A DNA stretch of 64,000 nt from Candidatus Limnocylindria bacterium (GCA_036556325.1 DATBJR010000048.1:299-64298); one strand, 5' to 3'. Positions 27,426 through 38,355 are shown, counted from the stretch's first letter. Numbers and translations: made by a program. Notes: a model not told the origin generated them from the sequence alone.

Positions 27426-28817
27426 TCAGCCGGAGCTCGGCGCCGCCGGGCGAACGTTCTGGTTCGTGCTGAAGACGTTGTCCGGGTCGTAGCGCGCCTT
27501 GATGGCAGCCAGCCGCGCGTACGCCGGCCCGTACGCGGCGCGCACGCGATCCTCGCCCTCGTTGCCGACGAAGTTGACGTAGACCCCGCCGGTCGAGAAC
27601 GGTGCGAGCGCGTCGAACGTCTCGCGCGTCCAGGCGACGATCTCGTCGTCCCGGGCGGGGTCGTCGTCCACGCCGTTGATGTTGATGAGGTACGGCACCT
27701 CGCGGTGGGCATAGGCGGTCGCGTGCTCGGCAACCCGCGCGATCGCGCCGCCGAGCTGCCCGATGAGCGAGTACGACCAGGGCTGCGGCGCGCGGAGGTG
27801 ATGCTCGACGGCGATGTCGATGAGGCTATCGCTCAGGCCGGTCAGGTAGTGCGACTTCCAGTAGTAGCCGTTGCGCGGCGGCACACTGGCATCGAACATC
27901 GCGTTGTGGACGGTGATGGGCTTGCGCGCGACGCTGTCGAACAGCGGCGTTCCCAGGCCGCGCAGTGGTGCGAGCAGCCGCTCGTCATCGGCCGGATCGC
28001 CAACCGAGCAGATGCCGATGCCCACGATGCGGCGGCCGTGCACCTCGGCCGGCAGCTGCGGGGAGGGCAGCACCGTGCGCAGCGCCACGATGGTCGTGAC
28101 CGACTCGGGGGCATCTGCCGCCCACTCGCGGTAGGCGCGCAGGATGCGCCCGGCATCCTCCATCGGGAAGGCGAGCATGCCGGCGAGCACCGGCCCGGGC
28201 AGCGGCACGGTGGCGTACTCGAAGCGGGTCACAATCCCGAAGTTGCCCCCGCCGCCCCGCAGCGCCCACAGCAGGTCCGGCTCGGTCGCCTCGCTGACGG
28301 TGAGCCCGGTGCCATCGGCCAGGACCAGGTCGGCGGCGACCAGGGCATCGCAGGTGAGGCCATGGGCGCGCATGAGCCAGCCGATGCCGCCTCCCAGGGT
28401 CAGGCCTGCCAGCCCGGTGGTGGTGTTGATGCCGATTGGCACCGCCACCCCGTGCGGGACCGTCGCTGCGTCGACGGCGCCGAGCAGCGCGCCCGGCTCC
28501 GCTACCAGGCGGCTCCGATCCGCGCTGAGGCTGACCTTGCGGCGCAGCCCGTGATCGATCACCACGCCACCGTCCACCAGCGCGCTGCCGGCCACGTTGT
28601 GCCCGCCGCCCATGATCGACACTGGCAGGTCCTGCTCGCGCGCCCAACTGAGCGCGCGCCGCGCGTCGTCGGCCGTGCGGCAGCGCGCAAACAGCGCCGG
28701 GCGACGATCGATCATCCTGTTCCAGATCGCCCGCCGCGCCTCATAGGCCGGGTCGCCGGGCATCAGCAGCTCGCCGGCGAAGGTTTGCGCGAGCGTCGCC
28801 GGGTCTCGGGTCAGCAC
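27426..28817 (-). CDS. FAD-linked oxidase (FAD_binding_4 plus BBE-like C-terminus)
   Basis: GGGHNVAGSA, GLTLGGGIGW and LWALRGGGGNFGIVT motifs, with a C-terminal YDPDNVFSTNQNV (BBE motif). Trimmed to GTG 28817 to avoid overlapping the upstream GlcG-like gene. Confidence 0.9.
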   Translation of the reverse strand: MLTRDPATLAQTFAGELLMPGDPAYEARRAIWNRMIDRRPALFARCRTADDARRALSWAREQDLPVSIMGGGHNVAGSALVDGGVVIDHGLRRKVSLSADRSRLVAEPGALLGAVDAATVPHGVAVPIGINTTTGLAGLTLGGGIGWLMRAHGLTCDALVAADLVLADGTGLTVSEATEPDLLWALRGGGGNFGIVTRFEYATVPLPGPVLAGMLAFPMEDAGRILRAYREWAADAPESVTTIVALRTVLPSPQLPAEVHGRRIVGIGICSVGDPADDERLLAPLRGLGTPLFDSVARKPITVHNAMFDASVPPRNGYYWKSHYLTGLSDSLIDIAVEHHLRAPQPWSYSLIGQLGGAIARVAEHATAYAHREVPYLININGVDDDPARDDEIVAWTRETFDALAPFSTGGVYVNFVGNEGEDRVRAAYGPAYARLAAIKARYDPDNVFSTNQNVRPAAPSSG

Positions 28818-28836
28818 GCGCGGAGTGTAGGCGCGC

Positions 28837-29295
28837 TCACCCGAATGCCGCCACCCCGGCTTCGGCCGCTCGGCCGTCCTGGTCGGCGCTGCCGCCACTG
28901 ACACCCACCGCGCCGACCAGCGTGCCGTCACGCTCGAGCGGCATGCCGCCGGCGAAGACGATCATGCGCCCGGCCGCGACCGAGTCGTAGCCGTAGAACT
29001 CGGTGCCCGGCTGGACGATCGGGCCCAGCTCGCCGGTCGGCATGCGGTTCACGAGCGCCGTGAATGCCTTGTCGCGCGCCAGGCCGATGCTCACCAGGTC
29101 GGCTCCGTCCATGCGCTCGAAGGCGACGAGCTGGTCGCCGGCATCCACCACGGCAACGGACAGCGGCACGCCCATCGCCGCGCCCTGGGCCAGCACGGCC
29201 GCCACGACTCGGCGGGCAGCCGCCAGCGTCAGGCCCGCTGCCTGCGAGGCCGTTGGGCCACGACCGGCATCCACCAGCTCCGGCCGATCAGTCAT
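28837..29295 (-). CDS. GlcG/HbpS-like (DUF336) haem-binding/accessory protein
   Basis: AVVDAGDQLVAFERMDGA...ARDKAFTA...GAVGVSGGSADQD. ATGA overlap with the upstream permease stop. Confidence 0.85.
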   Translation of the reverse strand: MTDRPELVDAGRGPTASQAAGLTLAAARRVVAAVLAQGAAMGVPLSVAVVDAGDQLVAFERMDGADLVSIGLARDKAFTALVNRMPTGELGPIVQPGTEFYGYDSVAAGRMIVFAGGMPLERDGTLVGAVGVSGGSADQDGRAAEAGVAAFG

Positions 29296-30089
29296 GCGCG
29301 GCGACGTCCGAGGCGGAAGGCGATAAGCGTGAGGGTGATGGTGCCGATCATCAGCAGCACGGCCATCGCGATCAGGATCGGCAGGCGTTGGCCGAAGCGC
29401 AGCTGCCCGTAGAGGAACACCGGGAAGGTCGGGTCGCGGCCGGCCAGGAAGAGGGCGATCGCCACCTCGTCGAACGAGACGACAAAGCACGTCAGCCACG
29501 CCGACAGCGCCGTGGGGCCGATGAGCGGCAGCACCACCTTCCACAGCGTCACCGGGTAGCTGGCGCCGAGGTCCATCGCCGCATCCTCGAGCGCGGGATC
29601 AATACCGCTCATGCGGGCCAGCAGGATCAGCGTGGCGAAGGGGAGGGCAATGACCGTGTGGCCGGCGGCAATCGTCGCCAGCGAGCGGGGCACGTCGAAG
29701 AAGCCGAACAGGAGGAAGAGCGACACCCCCAGCACCACGAACGGCACGATCAGCGGCAGCACCGCCAGGCCGAGCAGCGCCAGCCGCCCGCGAAACCGGA
29801 AGCGGACGAACGCCACGCTGACCGCGAACCCGAGCGCCGTGGCGATGGTGGCCACGGCGGCTCCCACCACCAGGCTGTTGCGGGCCGACTCCAGCAGGGC
29901 GTCACTCGCAAAAACCTCGCCGTACCAGTCGAGCGTCAGGTTCTTCAGCGGGAAGGAGAGGACGGTGTTGTTGTTGAAGCTGAACAGGAACAGCAGCGCG
30001 ATGGGCAGGTAGAGGAGCATGAGCATCAGCACGTATGCGGCCCGGAGCGGGACCGGGGTGCGACCGACGCCGATGGCTGCGCGGCTCAT
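29292..30089 (-). CDS. ABC transporter permease (PotC-like)
   Basis: 6-TM permease with the EAA loop ALEDAAMDLGASYPVTLWKVVLP. ATGA overlap with the upstream permease. The track ORF to 30896 is an out-of-gene extension. Confidence 0.9.
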   Translation of the reverse strand: MSRAAIGVGRTPVPLRAAYVLMLMLLYLPIALLFLFSFNNNTVLSFPLKNLTLDWYGEVFASDALLESARNSLVVGAAVATIATALGFAVSVAFVRFRFRGRLALLGLAVLPLIVPFVVLGVSLFLLFGFFDVPRSLATIAAGHTVIALPFATLILLARMSGIDPALEDAAMDLGASYPVTLWKVVLPLIGPTALSAWLTCFVVSFDEVAIALFLAGRDPTFPVFLYGQLRFGQRLPILIAMAVLLMIGTITLTLIAFRLGRRRA

Positions 30090-30946
30090 GTCGCCAGCCT
30101 GCGCAGGTCGATGATCCGCGTGGCGAGCAGCACCAGCAGCACCGTGAGCAGCAGCATGATGACCGCGGCCGCAGAGCCCGAGGCCCAGGACGCGGCACGC
30201 CCGAAGAGATCCTGGATGAGCTGGCCGTACATGTAGGTCTCGCTGCCGCCCACCAGGCGCGGGGTGACGTATTCGCCGATGCTCGGGATGAAGACCATGA
30301 AGAAGCTTGCCGCGGCGCCGGGCAGGGAGAGGGGCACTGTCACGCGCCAGAAGCGCGACCAGGGGCCGGCGCCGAGGTCCGCCGCCGCCTCGAGCTGGCG
30401 GCGGTCGATACGGCCCATGGCAGCGTAGATGGGCAGGGCCGCGAATGGGATCCAGACGTAGACCAGGGTGATCACCACCGCCGCGCGGGAGTAGATCAGC
30501 AGGTCCAGTGGGTCGTGGATGACGCCCAGCCACTCCAGGAACGAGTTGATCGCCCCATTGGTGCCGAGCATCAGGCGCCAGGCCATGACCCGCAGCAGGA
30601 AGCTGACGGCGAATGGCACCAGCAGCAGGAACAGGAAGAGCGGAGCTCGGTCGCCGGCCCGGAACGCCAGGAAGTACGCGATCGGATAGGCGAGGGCGGT
30701 GGCCGCCGCGGCAACGATCAGCGCCATCAACGCCGAGATGCCCAGCTGCCGCATATAGGCAACGGTGCCGACGATCGTGCGGTATTGGTCCAGGGTCGGC
30801 TGCCAGGCGCGCGCGAAGTTGATCGGCCCCACCTCCGGCCGGAGGCTCATGATCGCGATCAGGACCACCGGCGCGAGCAGGAATGCCGCCAGCCACAGGT
30901 ACGGCGGGACGATCAGGAAGCGGAGCAGACCCCGCCGGCCGAGCAT
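30086..30946 (-). CDS. ABC transporter permease (PotB-like)
   Basis: EAA loop LEAAADLGAGPWSRFWRVTVP; 286 aa. Confidence 0.9.
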   Translation of the reverse strand: MLGRRGLLRFLIVPPYLWLAAFLLAPVVLIAIMSLRPEVGPINFARAWQPTLDQYRTIVGTVAYMRQLGISALMALIVAAAATALAYPIAYFLAFRAGDRAPLFLFLLLVPFAVSFLLRVMAWRLMLGTNGAINSFLEWLGVIHDPLDLLIYSRAAVVITLVYVWIPFAALPIYAAMGRIDRRQLEAAADLGAGPWSRFWRVTVPLSLPGAAASFFMVFIPSIGEYVTPRLVGGSETYMYGQLIQDLFGRAASWASGSAAAVIMLLLTVLLVLLATRIIDLRRLAT

Positions 30947-30995
30947 GCCGCCTCCCTTGTCGCCCCGTCCTAGCGGCGAGTTGCGACCTGAATGG

Positions 30996-32114
30996 TCACT
31001 CCGCCTTCACGCGGGTCCACATCGCCGTCCACGCGTCCCGTTGCGCCGCGGTGACCGGTGGCGTGAAATTCGTGTTCTCGAGGATGGACGGGTCGTCGAT
31101 GCTGAACGCCTGGACAAGGACCGGGTCGGTGACGGCGGCCATCACGTCGGCGTTGGCGCAGCCGTAGTAGAAGAGCGTCACGGCATTGCCGCAGCTCGTC
31201 TCGGCCAGCTTGTCGTCCAGGAACTTGAGCGCCAGGTCCGGGCTGTCGCTGTCCGCGCTGATGCCATACAGACCGACCCAGGAGTTGCGCCCCTCCTTCG
31301 GGTTCGCGTATGCGACCGGGGTCCCCTCGTAGAGCGCGGTGGCGTAGCAGCCCTGCCAGGCATAGGCGACCCAGATGTCACCACTCATCACCTCGGGGCA
31401 CAGGTTCTCGTATTCCGAGTCCCAGTAGTGGAGGTTGAGGGGCTTCTGCTGCTTCCACTCCTGCTCGATCGACGCCAGCTGCTCGTCGGTGATGGCGGTC
31501 TCGTCGTAGCCGTGGACGTACGACGACACGGTGACCGCCGCCGGCCCGTCGTCCCACATGGCGATGTGGCCGCTGTAATCCGGGTTGAACAGCGCGTCCC
31601 AGCTCGTGACCTCCGGCACCTTCTTGGTGTTGTAGAGGATCGAGGTGAAGCCCCAATCCCACGGGATGTAGTACTGCTTGCCGTTGACCTGGCCCAGCGC
31701 CTTGAAGCTGTCCGGGACCTTGTCCCAGTTCGTCAGCTTGCTGGTATCGATCTCCTGCACCAGGCCTTCGTCCACATAGAACTGCTGCCAGCCGGTGTAG
31801 AAGTGGAAGACATCGGCCTCGCTGCCGCCCTCCATCAGGCCAAGGATGTCGGCGTCGTTGTTGCCGAGCTCGAAGTTGACGTCCGCTGTCGGATTGGCAT
31901 CGGCGAAGTCCGTCCAGAACTTGGGATCCTCGTAGCCTCCCCACTCGAGCACGGTCAGCTCGTTCGGCTCGGGCGCCTTTGACTGGCTCTCCTGCGCCGA
32001 TGCCGACGCCGCGCCAGGCGTGGTCGAGCCACCCGTGCCGCAGGCGGCCAGCATGACGGCCAGGATCATCAACACGGCCGGCCAGGGGCGGGCCAACTTG
32101 TCCAGCACGGTCAT
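30996..32114 (-). CDS. Polyamine-type ABC substrate-binding lipoprotein (PotD/PotF-like)
   Basis: Lipobox ILAVMLAAC. YYIPWDWGFTSILYN is typical of the PotD family. A GGAGGT RBS lies about 10 nt upstream of ATG 32114. The track ORF to 33497 runs antisense-shadow through the next gene. Confidence 0.9.
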   Translation of the reverse strand: MTVLDKLARPWPAVLMILAVMLAACGTGGSTTPGAASASAQESQSKAPEPNELTVLEWGGYEDPKFWTDFADANPTADVNFELGNNDADILGLMEGGSEADVFHFYTGWQQFYVDEGLVQEIDTSKLTNWDKVPDSFKALGQVNGKQYYIPWDWGFTSILYNTKKVPEVTSWDALFNPDYSGHIAMWDDGPAAVTVSSYVHGYDETAITDEQLASIEQEWKQQKPLNLHYWDSEYENLCPEVMSGDIWVAYAWQGCYATALYEGTPVAYANPKEGRNSWVGLYGISADSDSPDLALKFLDDKLAETSCGNAVTLFYYGCANADVMAAVTDPVLVQAFSIDDPSILENTNFTPPVTAAQRDAWTAMWTRVKAE

Positions 32115-32158
32115 GCTCGGTCGAACCTCCGTCGCGCTGCGCGCGTTCTGTTCCCCAC

Positions 32159-32175
32159 CTGAAGCAATACTGCAG
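32159..32175. promoter_or_regulatory. Second copy of the operator-like motif, CTGAAG-N5-CTGCAG, upstream of the binding-protein gene
   Basis: Same half-site and spacing as 33649..33665, with one mismatch. It lies in the unusually AT-richer 92-nt gap between the oxidase and SBP genes. Confidence 0.35.
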
Positions 32176-32206
32176 GGCCGATGGTATGGCGGCACCACGC
32201 CGCGGG

Positions 32207-33640
32207 TCAATCGTTTTCGTGGCGCGCGGCGCCGAACCGGTAGCCCAGCAGCCGAGGCAGGGATGCGACCAGCCGCACTGCCGGCGAGCCGCGGCCACCG
32301 GCATCCTGCGCCTCGTCGCGGCGGACCAGGGCCTCCCTGATGACCCGTGCGCCAAGGAACCGCACCGGCTCGGGCGGAAACCGGCGCGTGCTCCGGTTGA
32401 CGATCGGCAGCGTGGCGAGCTCCGACGACGGATCGTCGACCAGGGCAGCCAGGATGCGGCCGGCGAGATGCGCGGGGCCCACGCCGTTGCCCGAGAAGCC
32501 GTGGGCGAAGTGTATGCGGCCGCCATGGCGCGAGCCGATGAGTGGCAGCCGGTCGGGGCTGATGTCGATGGCTCCACCCCACGCCGCGGCCAGCGGCACG
32601 TCGGCCAGGGCCGGGAAGAAGCGATGGAGGGCCGCCGTGGCCCGCGTCTCGGCTCGCGGATCGTGGTCGTAGCGGCCATCCACCCGCCCGCCGTACCCGG
32701 CCGCCCCTACGCCGGCGCCGAAAGCCACCCGGCCGTCGGGCGTGGTGCGGAAGTAGTGGACCGTGAACCGACCGTCGGCGATGGCCTCGCCGCCGGTCCA
32801 GCCCAGCTCCCCCAGCCGGTCGGGGACCGGCTCGGTCATGACGATGTGGCTGCCCCACGTCAGCAGGCGCGTGCGGAAGCCCGGCCATCCGGCCGCCCAG
32901 GCATTCACCGCCAGCACCACCTGGTCCGCCGTCAGGGTCCCGCGCGACGTCCGGACCGTGAGCGGGCCGCGCCCGCGCACGGCGCTGACGCGCGTGCCCT
33001 CGACGATCTGCGCGCCCGCCGCGGCAACAGCTCTCCGCAGTCCCAGCGCGAGGCGGGCCGGTTGGATCGTGGCGGCGTTCGGCATGAAGGCAGCGCCCCG
33101 CATGATGGGCGACGCGCACCGCGCCTGCACCTCGGATGGCGGCAGCTCGAAGTAGGCGTCCGGCCGACCGAGCGCCGAGCAGGCCGCGACGGCGGCCTGC
33201 CACTCTCCGTCCTGCGCGGGGGAGGCAGAGACACGCAGGTAGCCGCCGCGACGGAACCACGCGTCGACATCGTGCTCTGCACACCACGCTCCGATGTCCC
33301 CGACCGAGTCGTCTGAGAGCTGCGCCAGCCGCACCGCCTCGTCCGGTCCGAATCGCTCGACGAGGTATGGCAGCTGGTCCCACCAGCCGTGGACGAAGCC
33401 GCCGTTGCGGCCACTGGCGCCCAGGCCGCACCGTCCCTGCTCGACGATCGCCACGCGGGTCGATGGTGCGCGCTGCAGCAGCGACCAGGCGGTCCACAGT
33501 CCGGTGTAGCCCCCACCCACGATGGCCACGTCGACCGTGCCGGGCAGATCAGGGGCTGGCGGCGCCTCGTCCGAGCCGGGGACGGTGGCAAGGGCCTCCT
33601 GGGCCCACCAGCCGACCACCTCGTCCTGTGCCTTGGCCAC
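32207..33640 (-). CDS. FAD-dependent amine oxidoreductase (DAO family, PuuB/gamma-glutamylputrescine oxidase-like)
   Basis: VDVAIVGGGYTGLWTA is a dinucleotide-binding motif; 477 aa. AGGAG lies 6 nt upstream of the GTG start. Confidence 0.9.
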   Translation of the reverse strand: MAKAQDEVVGWWAQEALATVPGSDEAPPAPDLPGTVDVAIVGGGYTGLWTAWSLLQRAPSTRVAIVEQGRCGLGASGRNGGFVHGWWDQLPYLVERFGPDEAVRLAQLSDDSVGDIGAWCAEHDVDAWFRRGGYLRVSASPAQDGEWQAAVAACSALGRPDAYFELPPSEVQARCASPIMRGAAFMPNAATIQPARLALGLRRAVAAAGAQIVEGTRVSAVRGRGPLTVRTSRGTLTADQVVLAVNAWAAGWPGFRTRLLTWGSHIVMTEPVPDRLGELGWTGGEAIADGRFTVHYFRTTPDGRVAFGAGVGAAGYGGRVDGRYDHDPRAETRATAALHRFFPALADVPLAAAWGGAIDISPDRLPLIGSRHGGRIHFAHGFSGNGVGPAHLAGRILAALVDDPSSELATLPIVNRSTRRFPPEPVRFLGARVIREALVRRDEAQDAGGRGSPAVRLVASLPRLLGYRFGAARHEND

Positions 33641-33648
33641 GTATGCTC

Positions 33649-33665
33649 CTGAAGTGACGCTTCAG
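33649..33665. promoter_or_regulatory. Candidate operator CTGAAG-N5-CTTCAG in the oxidase/regulator divergent region
   Basis: Perfect 6-5-6 inverted repeat, 9 nt upstream of the oxidase GTG (33640) and 58 nt upstream of the regulator's -10 box. Confidence 0.4.
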
Positions 33666-33722
33666 TCGAGGACACGATCCTACGCACCCGTGGACCGCGT
33701 GGTCAACGTCCTGCGCCGTGCC

Positions 33723-33728
33723 TAGAAT
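33723..33728 (+). promoter_or_regulatory. -10-like TAGAAT, 7 nt before ATG 33736
   Basis: Read directly. There is no SD. Confidence 0.45.
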
Positions 33729-33735
33729 CGGCACC

Positions 33736-34293
33736 ATGGCCGTCGACGACATCCTCATCGGCCGCAGCCTGCGCGCCGCTCGGCGCCGCCAGGCGATGAC
33801 CCTGCGCGCCGTGGCCGATCGCGCCGGGGTGACGGAGAGCTTCCTGTCACAGGTCGAACGCGACATCGCCACCCCGTCGATTGCCACGCTGCGCCGGATC
33901 GCGACCGCCCTCGGGACGAGCATCGGCACCCTGCTGGACAGTGCGGGTCCCCACGGCCAGCTGGTGCGGCGCGTCGACCGGAAGATCGTCACCTACCCCG
34001 GGCTCGGCGCGCGTGACGCGTTCCTCACCGACGGGCCGAACGCACGACTGCAGGTCATCGAATCGCTGATCGAGCCGGGCGGCGGTACGGGTCCGGAGGC
34101 GTATGCCCACGAGTCCGACGAGGAATGCCTGGTCGTGCTCGATGGGACTCTCGACCTGTGGGTCGGTGACGAGGAGTATCGGCTCGAGGAGGGGGATGCC
34201 ATCCGCTATCCGAGCCGCGTGGCGCATCGGAACCAGAACCCCGGCCCACGACCGGCGCGCGTGCTGTTCGTGTTGACGCCGCCATCGTTCTGA
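33736..34293 (+). CDS. XRE-family HTH plus cupin transcriptional regulator (PuuR-like)
   Basis: MTLRAVADRAGVTESFLSQVERD is an HTH_3 motif. The C-terminal cupin reads EECLVVLDGTLDLWVGDEEYRLEEGDAIRY. ATG 33736 lies 7 nt after TAGAAT. GTG 33718 is the alternative. Confidence 0.88.
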   Translation: MAVDDILIGRSLRAARRRQAMTLRAVADRAGVTESFLSQVERDIATPSIATLRRIATALGTSIGTLLDSAGPHGQLVRRVDRKIVTYPGLGARDAFLTDGPNARLQVIESLIEPGGGTGPEAYAHESDEECLVVLDGTLDLWVGDEEYRLEEGDAIRYPSRVAHRNQNPGPRPARVLFVLTPPSF

Positions 34294-34406
34294 CAAAGTC
34301 GTTCGGGGCCGCCATGGTCATGCTCGGCTTCCGCCTGCCGCCATTCACTGCCAGGCCGTGGGGCCAGCACGAATGCGCGGAGCGCGGCCTGCCGCAATGG
34401 CGGTGC

Positions 34407-34412
34407 TAGCAT
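34407..34412 (+). promoter_or_regulatory. -10-like TAGCAT, 7 nt before ATG 34420
   Basis: Read directly. There is no SD. Confidence 0.45.
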
Positions 34413-34419
34413 CGGCCCG

Positions 34420-35646
<1,227 letters not shown>

Positions 35647-35647
35647 C

Positions 35648-36463
35648 TCAGGCGATCAGCAGGATCGCTCCCGCCACCACGAACAGCGCGCCGGCCAGCT
35701 TCTGCGCGGCGCGCTGCCGCTCCCCCAGGCGAGCGATCCCCCAGGCGGCCACCACCACGACGCCCGCCTCCCGAGCCGGCGCCACCACGGCCAGCGGGGC
35801 GATGCTGAGCGCCAGCAGCACCAGGCTGTAGGCCGCAATCGTCAGCATCCCGACCGCGGCGGCCCCAGGAACGCGCGGGCCTCGGCCGAACGGCGCCAGG
35901 AACAGCGACATGGCGGCGAACGCCGCCCAGGCGTAGAGCCAGACCGGACCGGTGCGGACGCCCACGCGATCCAGCGCGGAGTAGGCGGCGATCGAGGCGC
36001 CGATGGCCAGCGGCAGCAGCAAGCTGCCACGGCCGCCGGAGACGGGACGCGTGAGCCAGACGCCGATGAGGAGCGCCGCCACCCCGAGCCATTGCAGCGG
36101 CAGCAGCTGTTCTGCGAAGAGGCCGACGCCGACCACCACGGCCAGGAGCGGCGCCGTGCCCCGCGCGATGGGGTAGACGGACGAGATCTCGCCGCGCCGG
36201 TAGGCGCGCGATAGGAGGGTGAAGTAGACGAGCTCCACGGCACCCGAGCCAAGCGCCAGCAGCCACCCTTCGAGCGGCAGAGTCGGCCGGCCGCCCAGCC
36301 ACCAGGCCACGGCGATGAGCGGCGTTGCCAGCAGGGTGACGGTGGGGATCGCCTGGGCAGCGGTCCGCAGGGGATCGTCGGCGGCCTTCAGCCGCAGGTT
36401 CCAGGCGGCGTGCAGGCCGGCGCTGGCCAGTGCCAGCAGGGCGCCGAGCGCTACCGGGTCCAC
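35648..36463 (-). CDS. EamA/DMT-family membrane transporter
   Basis: 271 aa, about 9-10 TM segments, with a [10 protein letters not shown] motif. Confidence 0.8.
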   Translation of the reverse strand: MDPVALGALLALASAGLHAAWNLRLKAADDPLRTAAQAIPTVTLLATPLIAVAWWLGGRPTLPLEGWLLALGSGAVELVYFTLLSRAYRRGEISSVYPIARGTAPLLAVVVGVGLFAEQLLPLQWLGVAALLIGVWLTRPVSGGRGSLLLPLAIGASIAAYSALDRVGVRTGPVWLYAWAAFAAMSLFLAPFGRGPRVPGAAAVGMLTIAAYSLVLLALSIAPLAVVAPAREAGVVVVAAWGIARLGERQRAAQKLAGALFVVAGAILLIA

Positions 36464-36481
36464 GCCGGTGGGCGCATCGGG

Positions 36482-37471
36482 TCAGGAAAGCTTCAGGCGG
36501 GGGAGGACGTGGCGACCGAACGCCTCGATGAACTCGGCCTGGTTGCGGCCGACGTTGTGGAGGTAGATCTCGTCAAAGCCCATGTCCACGTAGCCCTGCA
36601 GCGCCGCGGCGTGCTCGTCCAGATCGGCGCTGATGAGCATCCGATCCTTGAAGTTCTCCAGCCGGACGAGCTTTGCCATGTTGGCAAAGTCCTCCGGGTT
36701 CTTGATGTCCTGCTTCGGGAACGGCATGCCGCCGTTCGGCCACTCGCGCACGGCCTGCTCCTCGGCCGCCGGCTGGCTGTCGGCCCAGCTGATGTGCACC
36801 TGCAGCTGGGTGCGCATGGCCGATGCGTCCTTGCCTGCCTCGCGGGCTCCCTCGCGGAACTTGTCCCACAGCATGGCGATCTTCTCGTCCGCGGCGCCCA
36901 CGGTGATGATCCCGTCGGCGTATTTGCCCGTGCGCTTGGCATTCACCGGGCCGGCGGTGGCGACGTAAATCGGCACCGGCTGGTCGGGGATTGTGTACAG
37001 CCGCGCCGATTCCAGGGTGAAGTATTCGCCGTCGTGCTTCACCACCTTGCCGCTGAACAGCTTGCCGATGATCTCGATGGCCTCGAACATCATCGCGCTG
37101 CGAATGCCGACCTCCGGCCACTCGCCGCCGATGACGTGCTCGTTCAGCGCCTCACCGGCGCCGAGCCCGAGCCAGAAGCGGCCGGGGTACATGGCGCCGA
37201 GGGTGGCGGCCGCATGGGCGATCACCGCCGGGTGGTAGCGGAAGCCGGGGCAGGTCACGGCGGTGCCGAACGGCAGGCTCGTCCGCTGGCCAAGTGCGCC
37301 CATGAAGCTCCAGGCGAACGCCGCCTGGCCCTGCTGCGGCGTCCAGGGATGGAAATGCTCGCTGACCTGGAAGCCGGCCGCGAAGCCCGCGGCCTCCGCC
37401 TGGGGCGCCCACTCGAGCAGGTCGCTGGGGTGGAACTGCTCGAGCATGCAGGCGTAACCGATCTTCGTCAT
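36482..37471 (-). CDS. F420-dependent LLM-class oxidoreductase (F420-dependent glucose-6-phosphate dehydrogenase family)
   Basis: [19 protein letters not shown]...[14 protein letters not shown]...[11 protein letters not shown] matches the FGD-family pattern as I recall it. The track ORF to 37711 has an Arg/Pro-rich, implausible N-terminus. Confidence 0.9.
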   Translation of the reverse strand: MTKIGYACMLEQFHPSDLLEWAPQAEAAGFAAGFQVSEHFHPWTPQQGQAAFAWSFMGALGQRTSLPFGTAVTCPGFRYHPAVIAHAAATLGAMYPGRFWLGLGAGEALNEHVIGGEWPEVGIRSAMMFEAIEIIGKLFSGKVVKHDGEYFTLESARLYTIPDQPVPIYVATAGPVNAKRTGKYADGIITVGAADEKIAMLWDKFREGAREAGKDASAMRTQLQVHISWADSQPAAEEQAVREWPNGGMPFPKQDIKNPEDFANMAKLVRLENFKDRMLISADLDEHAAALQGYVDMGFDEIYLHNVGRNQAEFIEAFGRHVLPRLKLS

Positions 37472-37506
37472 GCGCGAAGCGTACTGCCGCCGGCAGAATG
37501 GTCGCC

Positions 37507-38355
37507 ATGCAGGTGAGCCGATACGCCGCGCCCGACGCGTTCGCCGCGGCCGTGGAGCCGTTCCTGGCGGCGCGGGAGGCCGAGCACAACCTGATGCTCG
37601 GCATTCTCTCCAACCTGGTCCATGACCTGGCGTCGTACGACGGCGTGCCACTGCTCGCCTCGGTCTCGGGCCCTGCCGGCGGAGTGGTCGGCGCCGCCAT
37701 CCGGACCCCACCGCACAACCTGGTCATCTCCGAGTTCGATGACCCCGACGCCGTTGTCAGGCTGGCCGCCGAGCTCGCCCTGGAGCCGCTGCCAGGTGCT
37801 GTCGGCCCGCCCGCCGCGGTTCGCGACTTTTCCGACGCCCGGAGCGCGGGACGTGGCGGCCCGTGGCGGGTCGTGCGCGAAGAGCGCATCTATCGGCTCA
37901 CGGAGGTTCGCACCCCCCGCCCGGCTGAGGGCGCGGCGCGATTGGCCGAAGCGTCAGATCGCGCGACGGTGGGCAGCTGGCTGGTCGATTTCGAACGGGA
38001 GGCACTGGACGAGCACGTCGAGGCCGGCTTATTGGCCCGGGCGCTCGACGCCTGGCAGCGCGGGGCGCGCCGCTTCTGGCTGTGGGAAGTCGATGGCCGC
38101 CCGGTGTCAATGGTCGGCGCCGGGGGGCGGACGCCGAACGGCGTGCGCATCGGCCCGGTCTACACGCCCCCCGCTCAGCGCGGCCGGGGGTTCGCCAGCC
38201 GGCTGACGGCCTTCGTCAGCCAGGCGATGCTCGACGAGGGGCGAACCTATTGCTTCCTATACACCGACCTGGGCAATCCCACCGCCAACCGGATCTACCA
38301 GGGCATCGGCTACGAGCCGGTGACCGACGCGCTGATGGTGAGCTTCGAGTCGTGA
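37507..38355 (+). CDS. GNAT-family N-acetyltransferase
   Basis: The C-terminal GNAT core reads VYTPPAQRGRGFASRLTAFVSQ...ANRIYQGIGYEP. ATG 37507 lies 7 nt after CAGAAT. ATG 37498 is the alternative. Confidence 0.8.
   Translation: MQVSRYAAPDAFAAAVEPFLAAREAEHNLMLGILSNLVHDLASYDGVPLLASVSGPAGGVVGAAIRTPPHNLVISEFDDPDAVVRLAAELALEPLPGAVGPPAAVRDFSDARSAGRGGPWRVVREERIYRLTEVRTPRPAEGAARLAEASDRATVGSWLVDFEREALDEHVEAGLLARALDAWQRGARRFWLWEVDGRPVSMVGAGGRTPNGVRIGPVYTPPAQRGRGFASRLTAFVSQAMLDEGRTYCFLYTDLGNPTANRIYQGIGYEPVTDALMVSFES

Noticed and set aside
29292-33497. Apparent giant fusion ORFs 29292..30896 (534 aa) and 30996..33497 (833 aa)
   Set aside because: Only the C-terminal parts match the permease and binding-protein families. 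The upstream parts overlap neighbouring, well-supported genes in other frames. Internal ATGs with ATGA overlap or a GGAGGT RBS give normal-length proteins.
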